From positions 1 to 41,201 of the IMG/VR virus record IMGVR_UViG_3300045988_107359: a stretch of DNA of 41,201 nucleotides; one strand, written 5' to 3'. Each line of letters begins with the position of its first letter. Positions within the stretch are counted from its first letter, which is position 1. Source of the DNA: a virus. Shown one piece after another: positions 22,486 through 32,261 of the stretch. The notes under the pieces are model-generated. The model saw only the letters and a list, made by a program, of their open reading frames with translations. It had not been told where the DNA came from and did no database searches. The position numbers and the translations under genes were made by a program.

Positions 22486-25400
22486 TTATTTGCCTGCGGC
22501 GATATTTTCAATTGCTTTCTGCTTGGCATGTGCCCAGTCTTTCTTCCACGGAGTTCCTCTTTGGCTGTTAATGTAGTCATAGTAAGCCGCTCTTTCGGCT
22601 TCCGTTGCATCGACAGCCATAAGTGCCCGGTAAATTTTAACGTAACTGTCTTTGCCGTTCGTCTCTACGGAAGAAGCAAAACTGGCTTGTTTCTCGGTAG
22701 ATACCGCGTTATTCAAGGCAGTTTGTGCTTTTTCTTCTTTGGCTGTCTGTGCCCCTTGCGTTTTTGAAAAGTCAGACCAAGATGTTGTTACATTCTTGTC
22801 TTTGTAGGCGTTATACAGCTTCTCTTGCTCTACCGGGTCGCTGGTCTTGCCAACGATTCCCTTATAAAGCTCAGAGTTGCTGACATCACCGTTGCCGTTG
22901 GTATCAAATTCTTTCTTAGCGTTCAGAAGGGCTTGAATTTCTTGCGGGTTATCGTAACCAGCATTTTTGACTTTCTGATAGGAATCCGCTTTTACAGGAT
23001 TCATCTTGAAGAACTTGATGGAATCGCTCAGATATCCTTTCTGGGAATCGTTCAAATCAGAACGCCCATTGATGTAGTCCTCTAGCATACCTTGTTTAAC
23101 AACTTCATCGTCCGTACTGTCATCGTTTTCCAACGTACGCTTGTAGGCGTACACAGAAGCGAAGGCAGACGGGTCAAGGCCGACTTTCTCCTTACCGGCC
23201 TGTGCCGACTGAATCCACTTGGCTTCCTTCTCAGCTGGTTCCCCTGCTGCGATCTTTCCGATGCCATTGGCGTAGTCATACACTGTTTCAATGTACCGTG
23301 CCTTGTCGTCGTCGGACATGTTCTTGTAAGTATCTGTCTGCATAAACTGGGTGAGAATACGGTATGCCTCTTGCCCCTGTGTTTTCTGTCGTGCAGACCA
23401 CTGGTCAGCCGTCATTTTCCCGCCCATGAAGTCAGCAGACTGTTTTACAGAACTGGGGAATACGTCAGTATACCCAGCGTCATAAAGCCGTTGCAATTCG
23501 TCCTCCATAGCGGAAGAGTTCCAGGTAGAGGAATAGCCAGGGGACAAGAAATTGTTAAAGAAACGTTGTAACGGAGTACCTGTTTCTTCCGTTCTGCCCC
23601 AAGCATCCAGGTAGTCGATCTGGTTATATTCCAGACCGGGAACCTTGTTCAGTGTCTTGCCAATCAATTTTTGCAAGGACTTGGGCAAGGGACTGTTGGG
23701 GTCATAGAAGGTGCTCTGTCTAGTGCTCTCCCCTGTCCGTTCGATCTGGCCGCCCAGAGTGGGAAGGAACTGGGTCAGGTAGTTTGTCAGGATGTTTGAC
23801 ACGATAGCGCCAAGGCCATTGTCGCTGAATTTGATGTTATCAATGGTGTCGTTCAGGGATTGCAGCATAGACATTTCCAGCATTGGGTCTGCGACGTTTT
23901 TCAGAACATCGAGGAACTGGAAGAAGTTCAGGCCCTCTCGCTGGTCATAAGCGTTTTTTAACTCCACGCCAACGAAGAACGGAAGCGCTTCCGGGGCCAA
24001 CCAGTCCAGGGTATAGCTCTTGTCTCCGATCTGCAAGGCGTAGCTCTGAGCGCCGCGTAGGTCGTTGAAATCGTCCTGCTTGTCGTCGCCGGTACTGCCA
24101 GCAGAGATCAAGCCCTTCGCAAACATGAGGCCGCCCAAGGCCAGCAAACCAGTACCGGTCAGGCCAGCGGCAATGTTGTCAATGGCCTCCGCCGCCGTTT
24201 TGTTTCCGTTTCGCACCTGGGCCAAGTCGTAGGTCAAGCCCTTGGCAAGGCCGATGGGAGAATACTCCACACCGCGAACAAGGATGTTCGCGGGGGTCTT
24301 TTTGAAGGGAAGAACACCCTCGACCAAGTAGCTTGCAGCACGGTCTACGGCGTTGTTGCTGTGTTTTAGGCGGTTAGACCGTGTAACAAACTCGCTGAAA
24401 GCGTTTAAGTCACGATAGGTAGCTTTCTGGGCTTCCAGAATGGCGTACTCCTGGGCCTTATTCTTTGCCTCTAGAGAGATCGTGTCGTTCATATAGTCCA
24501 CGGCACTGATTTTATTGGCTTTCAGGTACATGGCAAGAGATTCCGCATAAGCGGGGCGAGAAAACGCCATATCTTCCTTGTCGAGCAGCCAGGAGTTTGC
24601 GTCAGAGCCTTTTTGGAACAGCTTTCCAAGCGGTGAAGTGAATACTTGCTGGCTATCTCGAATGATGGATTGTGCCTCATCGTACTTGCCGCCGTTTTTA
24701 ATAAGCTCCTCCACGTTGTTGAAGTCGTGCCAACCAGCCTGGAACAGAGCGCGATCTTCCTTGCTTGCTACGTTTAGGACAGATTTCGTCCTATCCTGCA
24801 CGTTGAAAGCACCTTCCATCGTGGCAGCTATGGTATTCTTCATCATACGAACAGGCATAAAACCAAGGTTGCCAAGTACGTTTCTGCCATGCGTGCGAAG
24901 GTTTGCAAGCATCATGGTATATCGAATCGTATCGAACTTATCCTGCCAGGTCGCAGGCATTTTTCTGCCGATATCCTGGTAAATTTCTTTCCGAATGGCA
25001 TCCCGTTCTTCCTGGGTTTCTGCGTCCAAAAAGCGCTGAACCAGTTCAGGGTCAAGCTCAATATCCTCGAATTTTGGAAGCCCGGTTTCCTTGTCCACCT
25101 TAGACCGTCTCCGTGCCTTTTCGTTCAGGTTTTCAACAGTCTTCGTGATGGAGTAGAGCTGCCCTTCCGGGGACATTTTATTGATAAGATTGAAACCCTG
25201 CAAAGCCTGTGCGGTGTCCTTTGCATAGTCGATCATTGTGTTGGCAATGTCAAGCGCTGCGATGGCGTCTCCTGCGTTCACTGCGTTGTTGTACAGGGTG
25301 ATACCCATAGCGGTATTGAACTTACTGGAACTGCCGTTCTGCATAGCTCCCATCCAGTCTTCCTTCGCCCTCTGGAATCCTACGTTTTCAATCTTCTGCC

Positions 25401-28400
25401 GAACCTGCGCGGTGGCTTTTGCGTCGCTGTAAACCATTCTAGAAAACTCACCTCTGGCAAGAGCATCCTCCATCTTGGTTACAAAATCATTGGGCGTGAT
25501 ATTAGCGTTCATCAGTGTGGAAGCGGTCTTACTGGTCAGGCGACCATAGGGGTTCATGGTAGGAATTTCTTCTCTTGCTCTCCCTTGCTCTGCTTCCGTC
25601 TGCTGATAGGCGCTTTCATTGATTCTATGGAACTGGTAGCCAGGCGTGTTTTCCACCCAGGAAGCAAAGTCGCCAGCAAAATTTTTGGAAGCTGCACCCA
25701 TTCCTTCCGGAAGGCTGTTTTCCTCGTTGACAGCTCCCTGATCCTGTGCTACACTATCCGTAGAAGACGGCGTAGCTGTGTCACTGGGGTTGCCTGAAAG
25801 GGTCCTGGCATTGATTGGCACAGTTGCGCCGTCTTCATCTGTCAACAGGACTTCATGCAGGTAGTAGCGGCCATAGTTAGGGCTTTCGTTTCCGTATTTG
25901 CGGACGATCACACCCATGTCATAGGTCTGCTCTCCAATCTGGATTTTTCCGCCGAAGGTCACGCTGTCCCAGCCTCGGCCCTTCCAGTTGGCTTGCTCGT
26001 CGATGACAACGCCGTTCTCTATCACGGCAGGGACAGCAGAGAAAGCAATCGCCTTATTCCGGCTCATGCCGTGCATAATAGAATCCTTTGCCCCGCGCTT
26101 GGTCAAGGCAATATCACCGAACCCAAGGCGGGTCACTTTGTTCCCGATGGAAGCAAAGAACTCTGCCACCTGGTCTCCGGTTCGTTTCAGACCAGGGGCG
26201 AACTCCGTTCCGGCCATGCGGGCAATGATACCGCCCTCATCAATGGCAGCCTTGTTTGCCCGAAGGGTGTCCAGCAGGCGGCCCGTCAGTTGTCCCTTTT
26301 CGCCCGGTTGCGTTTCAACTTGCGATTGAACTTGCGTATCCTGCGTTTGAGCTTGAGATTGAGGTTCAAATTGAGCCTGAGATTGAGCAAGTGTTTGTCC
26401 TTGTTCCCACTCTTGATAAAGCTGTTCTTCCGTGATTTCTCCAAGTTCCAAAGCAAGGCGGTTCTGCTCCTTATATGCCTCGAAGCTCCCGCGTTTCACA
26501 GCCCCAGGAATGGCTTCCTTTGCTGCGATATAGGCTTCGTTGGGCGGCACTTGGCTGTCTACCTTGTTGGCCGAGTAGCCAGCTTCGTTGGGAATGTAGC
26601 CCTTGGACAGCATCTCGTCAAGCACCAGCTCGACTTTCTTCGCAGTGGCATAGTTCTCTTGGCCTTGGTCGTTGATAATGGCGATCAGGGCCTTTTCCAG
26701 GTCTGCGCGAGAGATGCCCATGCGTTCCGCCTGCATCATGGCTTCGGACTTCGTAACAACGGTGCCTCTGCCCTTCTCGTTAAACTGTCCAGCTTTCGAG
26801 TATTCCACGTCCTGCAACAGCGCTTCCGCCGCCTGTGCGTAATACTGGTGCATCTGAGGGTAGTCCCACTGAAATGCTTTTACACTGGGCTTGGAAACGT
26901 CTCCGGCAGTTCTCTGGTCAATGTGCGCCGCCTCTTCTCCAAAGTTTCTGGAAAGCTGACCGGCGTCTTCGCGTTCTGCCTGCGCTTCCTGTGCCTGAAT
27001 CTGCCGCTCTGCCTGCAAGAGAGTTTCTTGTTCTCGGAGTAAGTCGGGAACTTCTTCCTCTGTCGCGTTTGCGGCGCGTTCCTGCCAAGCTGCTTCTCTT
27101 TGTGCAAGAGCTTGTCTTGCATGCACAAGGCGTTCTCTTGCACTCTGCATCTGCGCTCTGGTGTCCTGGTTTGCCTGTGCTTGTTCCTGGGCCTGGGTAC
27201 GCATTTGTTCCTGCGCCTGAGAAGCGCGAATCAAGGGATTCGCAGATTCCTGCGTAGGCTGTTCCTGAATGGGTCTGGGAGCCTCTTCGACCGTTGGGGT
27301 GGGTGTGGTGTCCTCGGTGGGGGAAGGGTCGTTGTAGGGCGTTCTCCCTGCGCCAATGGCGCTGCCGATCACGTGACCGCCTGCACCAAACGCGGCACCG
27401 GAGATCGCACCAATGGCAGCGTTTTCGGCCAAGTCAGAAAGGCTGAATTTCGCATTTGGGTCTCTGGCTGCTTTGTCCGCCAACCAATTCATGGTGTAGG
27501 AAGCGGATTCCTCTGTTGCTTCAATGCCTGCCTGCTTTGCTACCGCCTTGATAAAGTTGGTGCCACCGCCCCCCTTGACCAGCTTGAGCAAGCTGTCCAT
27601 GGGAATTTTCTCGGTAAATGCTTCGATACCACCGGAGACAAGGCCACGGGCCAAAGCTTCTCCTGCACCTGTGCCATTCATTTGCAGTTCACCGGCTTTT
27701 TGACCGGCGGCCAGAGCGCCCATGCCGCCCAAGGAGATTGCCTGGCCTGCACCGGGAATGACATTGGCAGCCAAAAACGGAGCCATTTGCAGCATAGAAA
27801 GTCCGGCCTTGGTCATTAGCTTCCCGGCCCCGGTCTTTCTGGATGCAACCAGGTCTTGGGTCGCGTCCTGGCTTTCTTTCAGATTCATCATACCATCGCT
27901 GTACCAAGGCACAGGATCGTTGTGCTTGAACGCCTCGGAAGTCTCGCGCATTTTAGCTGCTTCCTGATTCAGCCGCTCTTTTTCTGCTTGGTCTGTGGTT
28001 TTGTTGGCCTTATGCTGGAGATAATCAGCGGTGTACTTCTGGGACTGATAAGTGGGGTCATTGCGGTTCTCAATGGCGTTTCTGGTAGCCTTTCTCGCTG
28101 TTTCTAGCAAGGTCTGGAAACCGCCGAGAAGTCCTTTCCCAACGGCAGTCCCCCACTTTTCGCTCTGCTCTCTGTCCCACTCCGTAGGGGTGTAGATGGT
28201 TCTTCCGTTGCCGTCGGTGTTGAGGCGTTCCGGCGCAACGTCCTTTTGTTTCTTCTCCCAGGCAAGAGCACGCTCTAAGTCGTAGCTGGCAGGGTTAAGG
28301 CGGACCGCTTTGCCATACTCAGCGGCATCATCCATGAGGCCCTTGTCGCCGGTTTCCTTGCCGTAGTTGTAGTAGGACTTAGCGACACGAAGATTTTTTC

Positions 28401-29130
28401 GTCCTGCGTCGGACATACCCGCATATTCATCCTGCTTTATTTCGGGCGTGATAAAACCAGCGCCGCTGTCACCGCCGGAATACCCGCTGTCTCGCCGGAT
28501 ACTCTCTGCACGGGCGTGGGCCTCTTCCTGCATCTGTTTGCCCTGTTCGGTGTATCCGCGCTCGATGAGCTTTTGACCGCTTTCCCACGCTTCCTTCTGG
28601 CTCCGAAGATAGAGTTGTTCCGGCTTAGAAAGATTCTTCCGGTCTGCTTTGGAAAGCGCCGTCTTGTTTTTCTTGCGCTGGGCGTTTCGCAGGTTAGATG
28701 CCAGGCCGCTAGGCAACGCAGAATCATTCTCTTCTCGGTTGAAGTTGTCCGTTCTGCTGGTCTGAATACGCTTTCCTTGTCGCCGAAGTTGTCCCATAGG
28801 AGAGGTATCCATCGTGTTTTCATGGGCTTTCTTTGCTGCGTCGCTTGCCATAATAGGCAGAGACTTCTTCCCACCAAGAGCAGTCTGGTACTGCCTGGAA
28901 GAGGGCGTGGTTGTTTTTTTGCTTTTGCTATTATTACGAGAGACCTGCTTAACACCAGCAACCTTCCCGTTGCTGGTTTTGGTGGCTTGAGAAGCCGTGT
29001 TTTTCCCTTTGCTTGCGCTAGACAGGATACTGGAACCACTTTGAAGCAAAGACGCCCCTGTTTCCTTGGGGTTCTTTTTCTTCTTGTTGGCTTTATACCG
29101 CATCCGGCTCAGTGCTTCGTTGTCCGCCAT
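22486..29130 (-). CDS. Giant (2214 aa) polyvalent-type virion / ejection protein
   Basis: A single uninterrupted ORF, last in the late operon. Basic N-terminus. Gly-zipper/TM-like segments at about 27330-27800. Q/E-rich coiled region. LPD/nuclease-like module at about 25830-26290 (AVPAVIENG..WKGRGWDS..YYLHEV). Long alpha-helical C-terminal half. DTNGNGDVSNSE calcium-loop-like motif at about 22861-22905. Confidence 0.8.
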   Translation of the reverse strand: MADNEALSRMRYKANKKKKNPKETGASLLQSGSSILSSASKGKNTASQATKTSNGKVAGVKQVSRNNSKSKKTTTPSSRQYQTALGGKKSLPIMASDAAKKAHENTMDTSPMGQLRRQGKRIQTSRTDNFNREENDSALPSGLASNLRNAQRKKNKTALSKADRKNLSKPEQLYLRSQKEAWESGQKLIERGYTEQGKQMQEEAHARAESIRRDSGYSGGDSGAGFITPEIKQDEYAGMSDAGRKNLRVAKSYYNYGKETGDKGLMDDAAEYGKAVRLNPASYDLERALAWEKKQKDVAPERLNTDGNGRTIYTPTEWDREQSEKWGTAVGKGLLGGFQTLLETARKATRNAIENRNDPTYQSQKYTADYLQHKANKTTDQAEKERLNQEAAKMRETSEAFKHNDPVPWYSDGMMNLKESQDATQDLVASRKTGAGKLMTKAGLSMLQMAPFLAANVIPGAGQAISLGGMGALAAGQKAGELQMNGTGAGEALARGLVSGGIEAFTEKIPMDSLLKLVKGGGGTNFIKAVAKQAGIEATEESASYTMNWLADKAARDPNAKFSLSDLAENAAIGAISGAAFGAGGHVIGSAIGAGRTPYNDPSPTEDTTPTPTVEEAPRPIQEQPTQESANPLIRASQAQEQMRTQAQEQAQANQDTRAQMQSARERLVHARQALAQREAAWQERAANATEEEVPDLLREQETLLQAERQIQAQEAQAEREDAGQLSRNFGEEAAHIDQRTAGDVSKPSVKAFQWDYPQMHQYYAQAAEALLQDVEYSKAGQFNEKGRGTVVTKSEAMMQAERMGISRADLEKALIAIINDQGQENYATAKKVELVLDEMLSKGYIPNEAGYSANKVDSQVPPNEAYIAAKEAIPGAVKRGSFEAYKEQNRLALELGEITEEQLYQEWEQGQTLAQSQAQFEPQSQAQTQDTQVQSQVETQPGEKGQLTGRLLDTLRANKAAIDEGGIIARMAGTEFAPGLKRTGDQVAEFFASIGNKVTRLGFGDIALTKRGAKDSIMHGMSRNKAIAFSAVPAVIENGVVIDEQANWKGRGWDSVTFGGKIQIGEQTYDMGVIVRKYGNESPNYGRYYLHEVLLTDEDGATVPINARTLSGNPSDTATPSSTDSVAQDQGAVNEENSLPEGMGAASKNFAGDFASWVENTPGYQFHRINESAYQQTEAEQGRAREEIPTMNPYGRLTSKTASTLMNANITPNDFVTKMEDALARGEFSRMVYSDAKATAQVRQKIENVGFQRAKEDWMGAMQNGSSSKFNTAMGITLYNNAVNAGDAIAALDIANTMIDYAKDTAQALQGFNLINKMSPEGQLYSITKTVENLNEKARRRSKVDKETGLPKFEDIELDPELVQRFLDAETQEERDAIRKEIYQDIGRKMPATWQDKFDTIRYTMMLANLRTHGRNVLGNLGFMPVRMMKNTIAATMEGAFNVQDRTKSVLNVASKEDRALFQAGWHDFNNVEELIKNGGKYDEAQSIIRDSQQVFTSPLGKLFQKGSDANSWLLDKEDMAFSRPAYAESLAMYLKANKISAVDYMNDTISLEAKNKAQEYAILEAQKATYRDLNAFSEFVTRSNRLKHSNNAVDRAASYLVEGVLPFKKTPANILVRGVEYSPIGLAKGLTYDLAQVRNGNKTAAEAIDNIAAGLTGTGLLALGGLMFAKGLISAGSTGDDKQDDFNDLRGAQSYALQIGDKSYTLDWLAPEALPFFVGVELKNAYDQREGLNFFQFLDVLKNVADPMLEMSMLQSLNDTIDNIKFSDNGLGAIVSNILTNYLTQFLPTLGGQIERTGESTRQSTFYDPNSPLPKSLQKLIGKTLNKVPGLEYNQIDYLDAWGRTEETGTPLQRFFNNFLSPGYSSTWNSSAMEDELQRLYDAGYTDVFPSSVKQSADFMGGKMTADQWSARQKTQGQEAYRILTQFMQTDTYKNMSDDDKARYIETVYDYANGIGKIAAGEPAEKEAKWIQSAQAGKEKVGLDPSAFASVYAYKRTLENDDSTDDEVVKQGMLEDYINGRSDLNDSQKGYLSDSIKFFKMNPVKADSYQKVKNAGYDNPQEIQALLNAKKEFDTNGNGDVSNSELYKGIVGKTSDPVEQEKLYNAYKDKNVTTSWSDFSKTQGAQTAKEEKAQTALNNAVSTEKQASFASSVETNGKDSYVKIYRALMAVDATEAERAAYYDYINSQRGTPWKKDWAHAKQKAIENIAAGK

Positions 29131-29145
29131 GGATAAGCCCCCTTC

Positions 29146-30603
29146 TTAGTGATACTGCATGTAAAGTGCTGCGTTGGGATTCAAAGCCAACCAGCCGCGG
29201 CGCATGTTGTTGACCTGGTCAGAGCTGAAGCCAAGTTTCAGATATCCAGAGAAGTCTCCGTACTTTGCCATGTCCTGTGCTTTCTGCAAGGTCATTTCCT
29301 GATTGTACTGGTGGGTGTCCTTGTTGAAGCCTGCAATGTCCACGTTCAAGTTGGCCTGGTCTTTTGCCACGTTCACCAGGCTCTCAGCGGCTTTCTGGTA
29401 CTCCTGAAGCAGGGCGGCAGCACGCTCGTACTCATTGTTTGCAATGGCCTCCGCAATGCTGTTCTGATACTCCACGTACAGGCTGGAAAGCTGCTGCTGT
29501 ACTTTGGTCAGGGCGTTGGCTTCGTTCGTGCGGAGGGTGCTCATGTTGCTCTGAAGCTGGTTGCCCATGGCAAGTGCCGCCTGGGAGCCGTTTCCTGCGT
29601 TCATGCCGGTGTAGGCCGCGCTCTCGTTGAAGTTCTGCTGCTGTTTCAGTGCCTCTGCCGCGATTTGGTTCGCCTGCGCCTGGTAGGTACCGGGAATCTC
29701 TTTCATCGCGTTTTCCAACTCCATGCGGCTTTTATCGTAGGAGGATTGCAGAGCGGCAAGTGCTTTGTCTTTCTGCGCTTCGTAGAGGTTGTTTACATAC
29801 TCGACCTGCGGCTGGTAGGTGGGCAGACCGATCTTGTTTAGTGTGTCCTCTTCCTGCTTCAAGGGAAGATACTGGGAGCCGTCGTTGCCGCCGGAGTAGC
29901 CATAGGCGGAACGGATTTCTTCTGCCGCCGTGTGAACTCTGTCCATAGTGGTCTTGTCGCCCCGTGCTTTGGCAAGCTCGTACTGCTGCTGCAACGACTT
30001 AATGATGTCAGTATCAGAGGCAGAGACGTTTGCATCGTGATAGCTGCCGATGGAGTTATAGGAGCCGTAAGGGCCGGTGCTGATACGCAGAGACCAAAGG
30101 CCCGTTGCCGGGTTATAGGTTGCCCCAGCCGTGCCGGGGCGAACGACTTTATAGTTGCCACCAGCAGTTACTACGGTGTCCCCGATCTTCGTTCCGGCGG
30201 GGGCGTTCCCGTCTGCGCCGACATTCCAGGTCTTGCTTCCACCTGCGTTCCCGCTGTTGATTTTCGTAGACCACAAGCCACTTGCCGGGTTGTAAGTAGC
30301 CCCGGCGGTACCAGGAGCGACTACTCTGTAATCACCACCCGCCGTGTGGACGGTGTCACCAATTTGTGTACCAGAAGGGGCGTTTCCGTCCGCACCTGCG
30401 TTCCAGGTTCGGTTTCCTGTGGTGGTGTTTCCACCGGAAGGAATGGTAACAGAGTTACCGCCAGAGCTTCCGCCAGAAGAACCACCGGAACCCATGGAGC
30501 TCGCTGTGTTTTTGATGGAGCTTGCTTTGTCCGAAGCCGCTTTTGTTACTGCGTTAGCAACGGAACCGAGTGCGTTTTTAATGGAGTTTGTAGGAAGTGC
30601 CAT
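29146..30603 (-). CDS. Virion structural protein with duplicated ~50-aa module
   Basis: 485 aa. Gly/Ser-rich linker, two copies of TWNxGADGNAPxGTxIGDTVxTAGGxYxVVxPGTAGATYNPxxGLWS, and a coiled C-terminal half. Confidence 0.7.
   Translation of the reverse strand: MALPTNSIKNALGSVANAVTKAASDKASSIKNTASSMGSGGSSGGSSGGNSVTIPSGGNTTTGNRTWNAGADGNAPSGTQIGDTVHTAGGDYRVVAPGTAGATYNPASGLWSTKINSGNAGGSKTWNVGADGNAPAGTKIGDTVVTAGGNYKVVRPGTAGATYNPATGLWSLRISTGPYGSYNSIGSYHDANVSASDTDIIKSLQQQYELAKARGDKTTMDRVHTAAEEIRSAYGYSGGNDGSQYLPLKQEEDTLNKIGLPTYQPQVEYVNNLYEAQKDKALAALQSSYDKSRMELENAMKEIPGTYQAQANQIAAEALKQQQNFNESAAYTGMNAGNGSQAALAMGNQLQSNMSTLRTNEANALTKVQQQLSSLYVEYQNSIAEAIANNEYERAAALLQEYQKAAESLVNVAKDQANLNVDIAGFNKDTHQYNQEMTLQKAQDMAKYGDFSGYLKLGFSSDQVNNMRRGWLALNPNAALYMQYH
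30082..30408 (-). repeat. Tandem in-frame duplication within the 485-aa gene
   Basis: Residues 66-115 and 125-174 are about 80% identical by eye. Confidence 0.8.
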
Positions 30604-30672
30604 ACTCGTTCCCCTTTCTCTTTCCTGTGTTCAAGTAGGCCCCCGTCCGGCTTTGGGCGGGGGCCTTTGCGT

Positions 30673-30990
30673 TCATCTGTTTCGTTCCACGCGGTCGATT
30701 TTTTCTCGAACCTCCATGCTCCATGCGTCGATGTGTGCTTTCATCTCGTCCCACACCGTTCTTGTTCCTCGAACGTGTTCTGCGTCGTCGGTGTCCAGGA
30801 TGATGTCAGCGATGCGGCACAGGTTCTTTGCGTGGGAAAGCTCCTGCTTTGCCATGGACAGGTAAAGGTCTTTCGCTTCCCCGTTCTTTGCGTAGATCGC
30901 TTCCTTGGCATACTTCTGCGCGTCCGAGACTTCGTCCAGAGCCGCGTCATACTTTGCCATGATTTTAGTTAAGTGTTCCAGATGTTCCAT
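30673..30990 (-). CDS. Hypothetical helical protein
   Basis: 105-aa ORF in the late operon. No motif recognised. Confidence 0.55.
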   Translation of the reverse strand: MEHLEHLTKIMAKYDAALDEVSDAQKYAKEAIYAKNGEAKDLYLSMAKQELSHAKNLCRIADIILDTDDAEHVRGTRTVWDEMKAHIDAWSMEVREKIDRVERNR

Positions 30991-30992
30991 GT

Positions 30993-31307
30993 CTAAGCCT
31001 CCTTGATATAGCGGTACAGCTTGTCCAGGTCTTCCTCAGAACACTTGAAACCGGCGATGCTGACCGGCCACTTGCCCTGTGCGTGGTTCTTGACGGCGGT
31101 GTACGCTTTGTCCACGTCCACCTGCTCCCCGTCCACCAGGCAGAGCATAGCGCCCAAGGGGTGCTTGAGCATTGCCTCGCTCTTCCCTTCCAGGAACAGA
31201 GCGGCACCGGCACCGAATAAAATGCCTTGCCATTTAGGAAGGGTAGGAACCAGTTCCCGGTCTACGAACGCCGCTACACCGCGCTTTACTTTCTCAATAG
31301 ATTCCAT
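30993..31307 (-). CDS. Hypothetical protein
   Basis: 104-aa ORF in the late operon. Confidence 0.55.
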   Translation of the reverse strand: MESIEKVKRGVAAFVDRELVPTLPKWQGILFGAGAALFLEGKSEAMLKHPLGAMLCLVDGEQVDVDKAYTAVKNHAQGKWPVSIAGFKCSEEDLDKLYRYIKEA

Positions 31308-31361
31308 TTCAAAACCTCACAGAAAAGAGAAAGGGGGGCGGTTGCCCCCCAATAGTCGTTG

Positions 31362-31874
31362 TTACGCGCCAGCAGCTGCCGCCGCAGTGGGAGCAGTCCA
31401 GGAATTCTTTGCAGGCATCGGCTCAGGACAGACACTGGTAGCCGGGATCACCAGCTTGGTCAGGCCCTGGAGCTGGGCAACCTGCGCCTGCAAGCAGGAA
31501 ATGGTTGCGCCGGTGGTGCCGTTCAGAACTGCCTGGTTCATGTTGATGGCGTACTGCTCGTCCTTGTTCTTGCCGATCAGGTCGCGCAACTCACGATCAC
31601 GCCGGTCAAGAGTGGTGTAAACATCGACCATCTTCTGGTCGAAGTAGGCGTTTGCCTTGAGCAGGGAGATTTCGGCGTCCTTCGCTCCGATCTCCTGGGT
31701 CAGGTTCAGCTCATAGCGGTTGACAGCGGTGTTCTCGCTGCAAGTGCAGTTGCCGTTCCCGGCGGCAGCACGTGCCATGCCCCAGCCGCCATTCAGCAGA
31801 GTACCGACAGCACCGGCGATGCCGAATCCAAGGGCAGTGCCAGCCACACCTTTAGAAGCATATTCGCGTTCCAT
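31362..31874 (-). CDS. Hypothetical membrane-associated protein
   Basis: Start MEREYASKG lies after AAGGAGAAAAAAT. Gly-rich hydrophobic segment GVAGTALGFGIAGAVGTLL. Confidence 0.55.
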   Translation of the reverse strand: MEREYASKGVAGTALGFGIAGAVGTLLNGGWGMARAAAGNGNCTCSENTAVNRYELNLTQEIGAKDAEISLLKANAYFDQKMVDVYTTLDRRDRELRDLIGKNKDEQYAINMNQAVLNGTTGATISCLQAQVAQLQGLTKLVIPATSVCPEPMPAKNSWTAPTAAAAAGA

Positions 31875-31944
31875 ATTTTTTCTCCTTCGCAGTTTATTTA
31901 GCTCGCCCAAGTCCGCGCGTCAACCCAGGTCTGCCATTACTCAC

Positions 31945-31973
31945 AGTATACACCATATACAGAAAGTATACAA
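31945..31973 (-). promoter_or_regulatory. Candidate internal late promoter
   Basis: On minus: TTGTAT, 17 nt, TATACT, with TATGGTG before the -10. Contains a 12-mer also found upstream of terS. Confidence 0.4.
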
Positions 31974-32046
31974 GTCTTTACTGTGCGTATTTTTCCGACA
32001 CTTTTCGTAGAGTGTTGGCCCCCGCAAAGTGCGGGGGCCGTTATGC

Positions 32047-32205
32047 TTACTGTGCGTCGGCAGTGCCACCGTATTCGGAGGGCACCAGTTCGGGCAGACC
32101 GGAGTCGATTAGGACTTCGGCGACGCCCTTCTTCAGAGCCTTCGGCACCTGATCAAAGGCGGTCTTGCCCAGGATCACGCGCTGTGCAAAAAACATAGCC
32201 ATCAT
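32047..32205 (-). CDS. Small XkdX-like protein (52 aa)
   Basis: Start MMAMFFAQRVILGKTAFDQVPKALKKGVAEVL lies after AAAGGAGAG. This is the pattern of small proteins that follow tail-fibre genes in Firmicutes phages (recalled). Confidence 0.5.
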   Translation of the reverse strand: MMAMFFAQRVILGKTAFDQVPKALKKGVAEVLIDSGLPELVPSEYGGTADAQ

Positions 32206-32261
32206 CACAAACTCTCCTTTCGTCAAAAATTTTATGACAAGGGACACAATGCCCCGAATCA

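Noticed and set aside
25855-27042. 395-aa and other plus-strand ORFs inside the 2214-aa gene
   Set aside because: They are antisense to one uninterrupted 6.6-kb ORF, with Leu/Arg/Val-rich low-complexity products typical of shadow frames.
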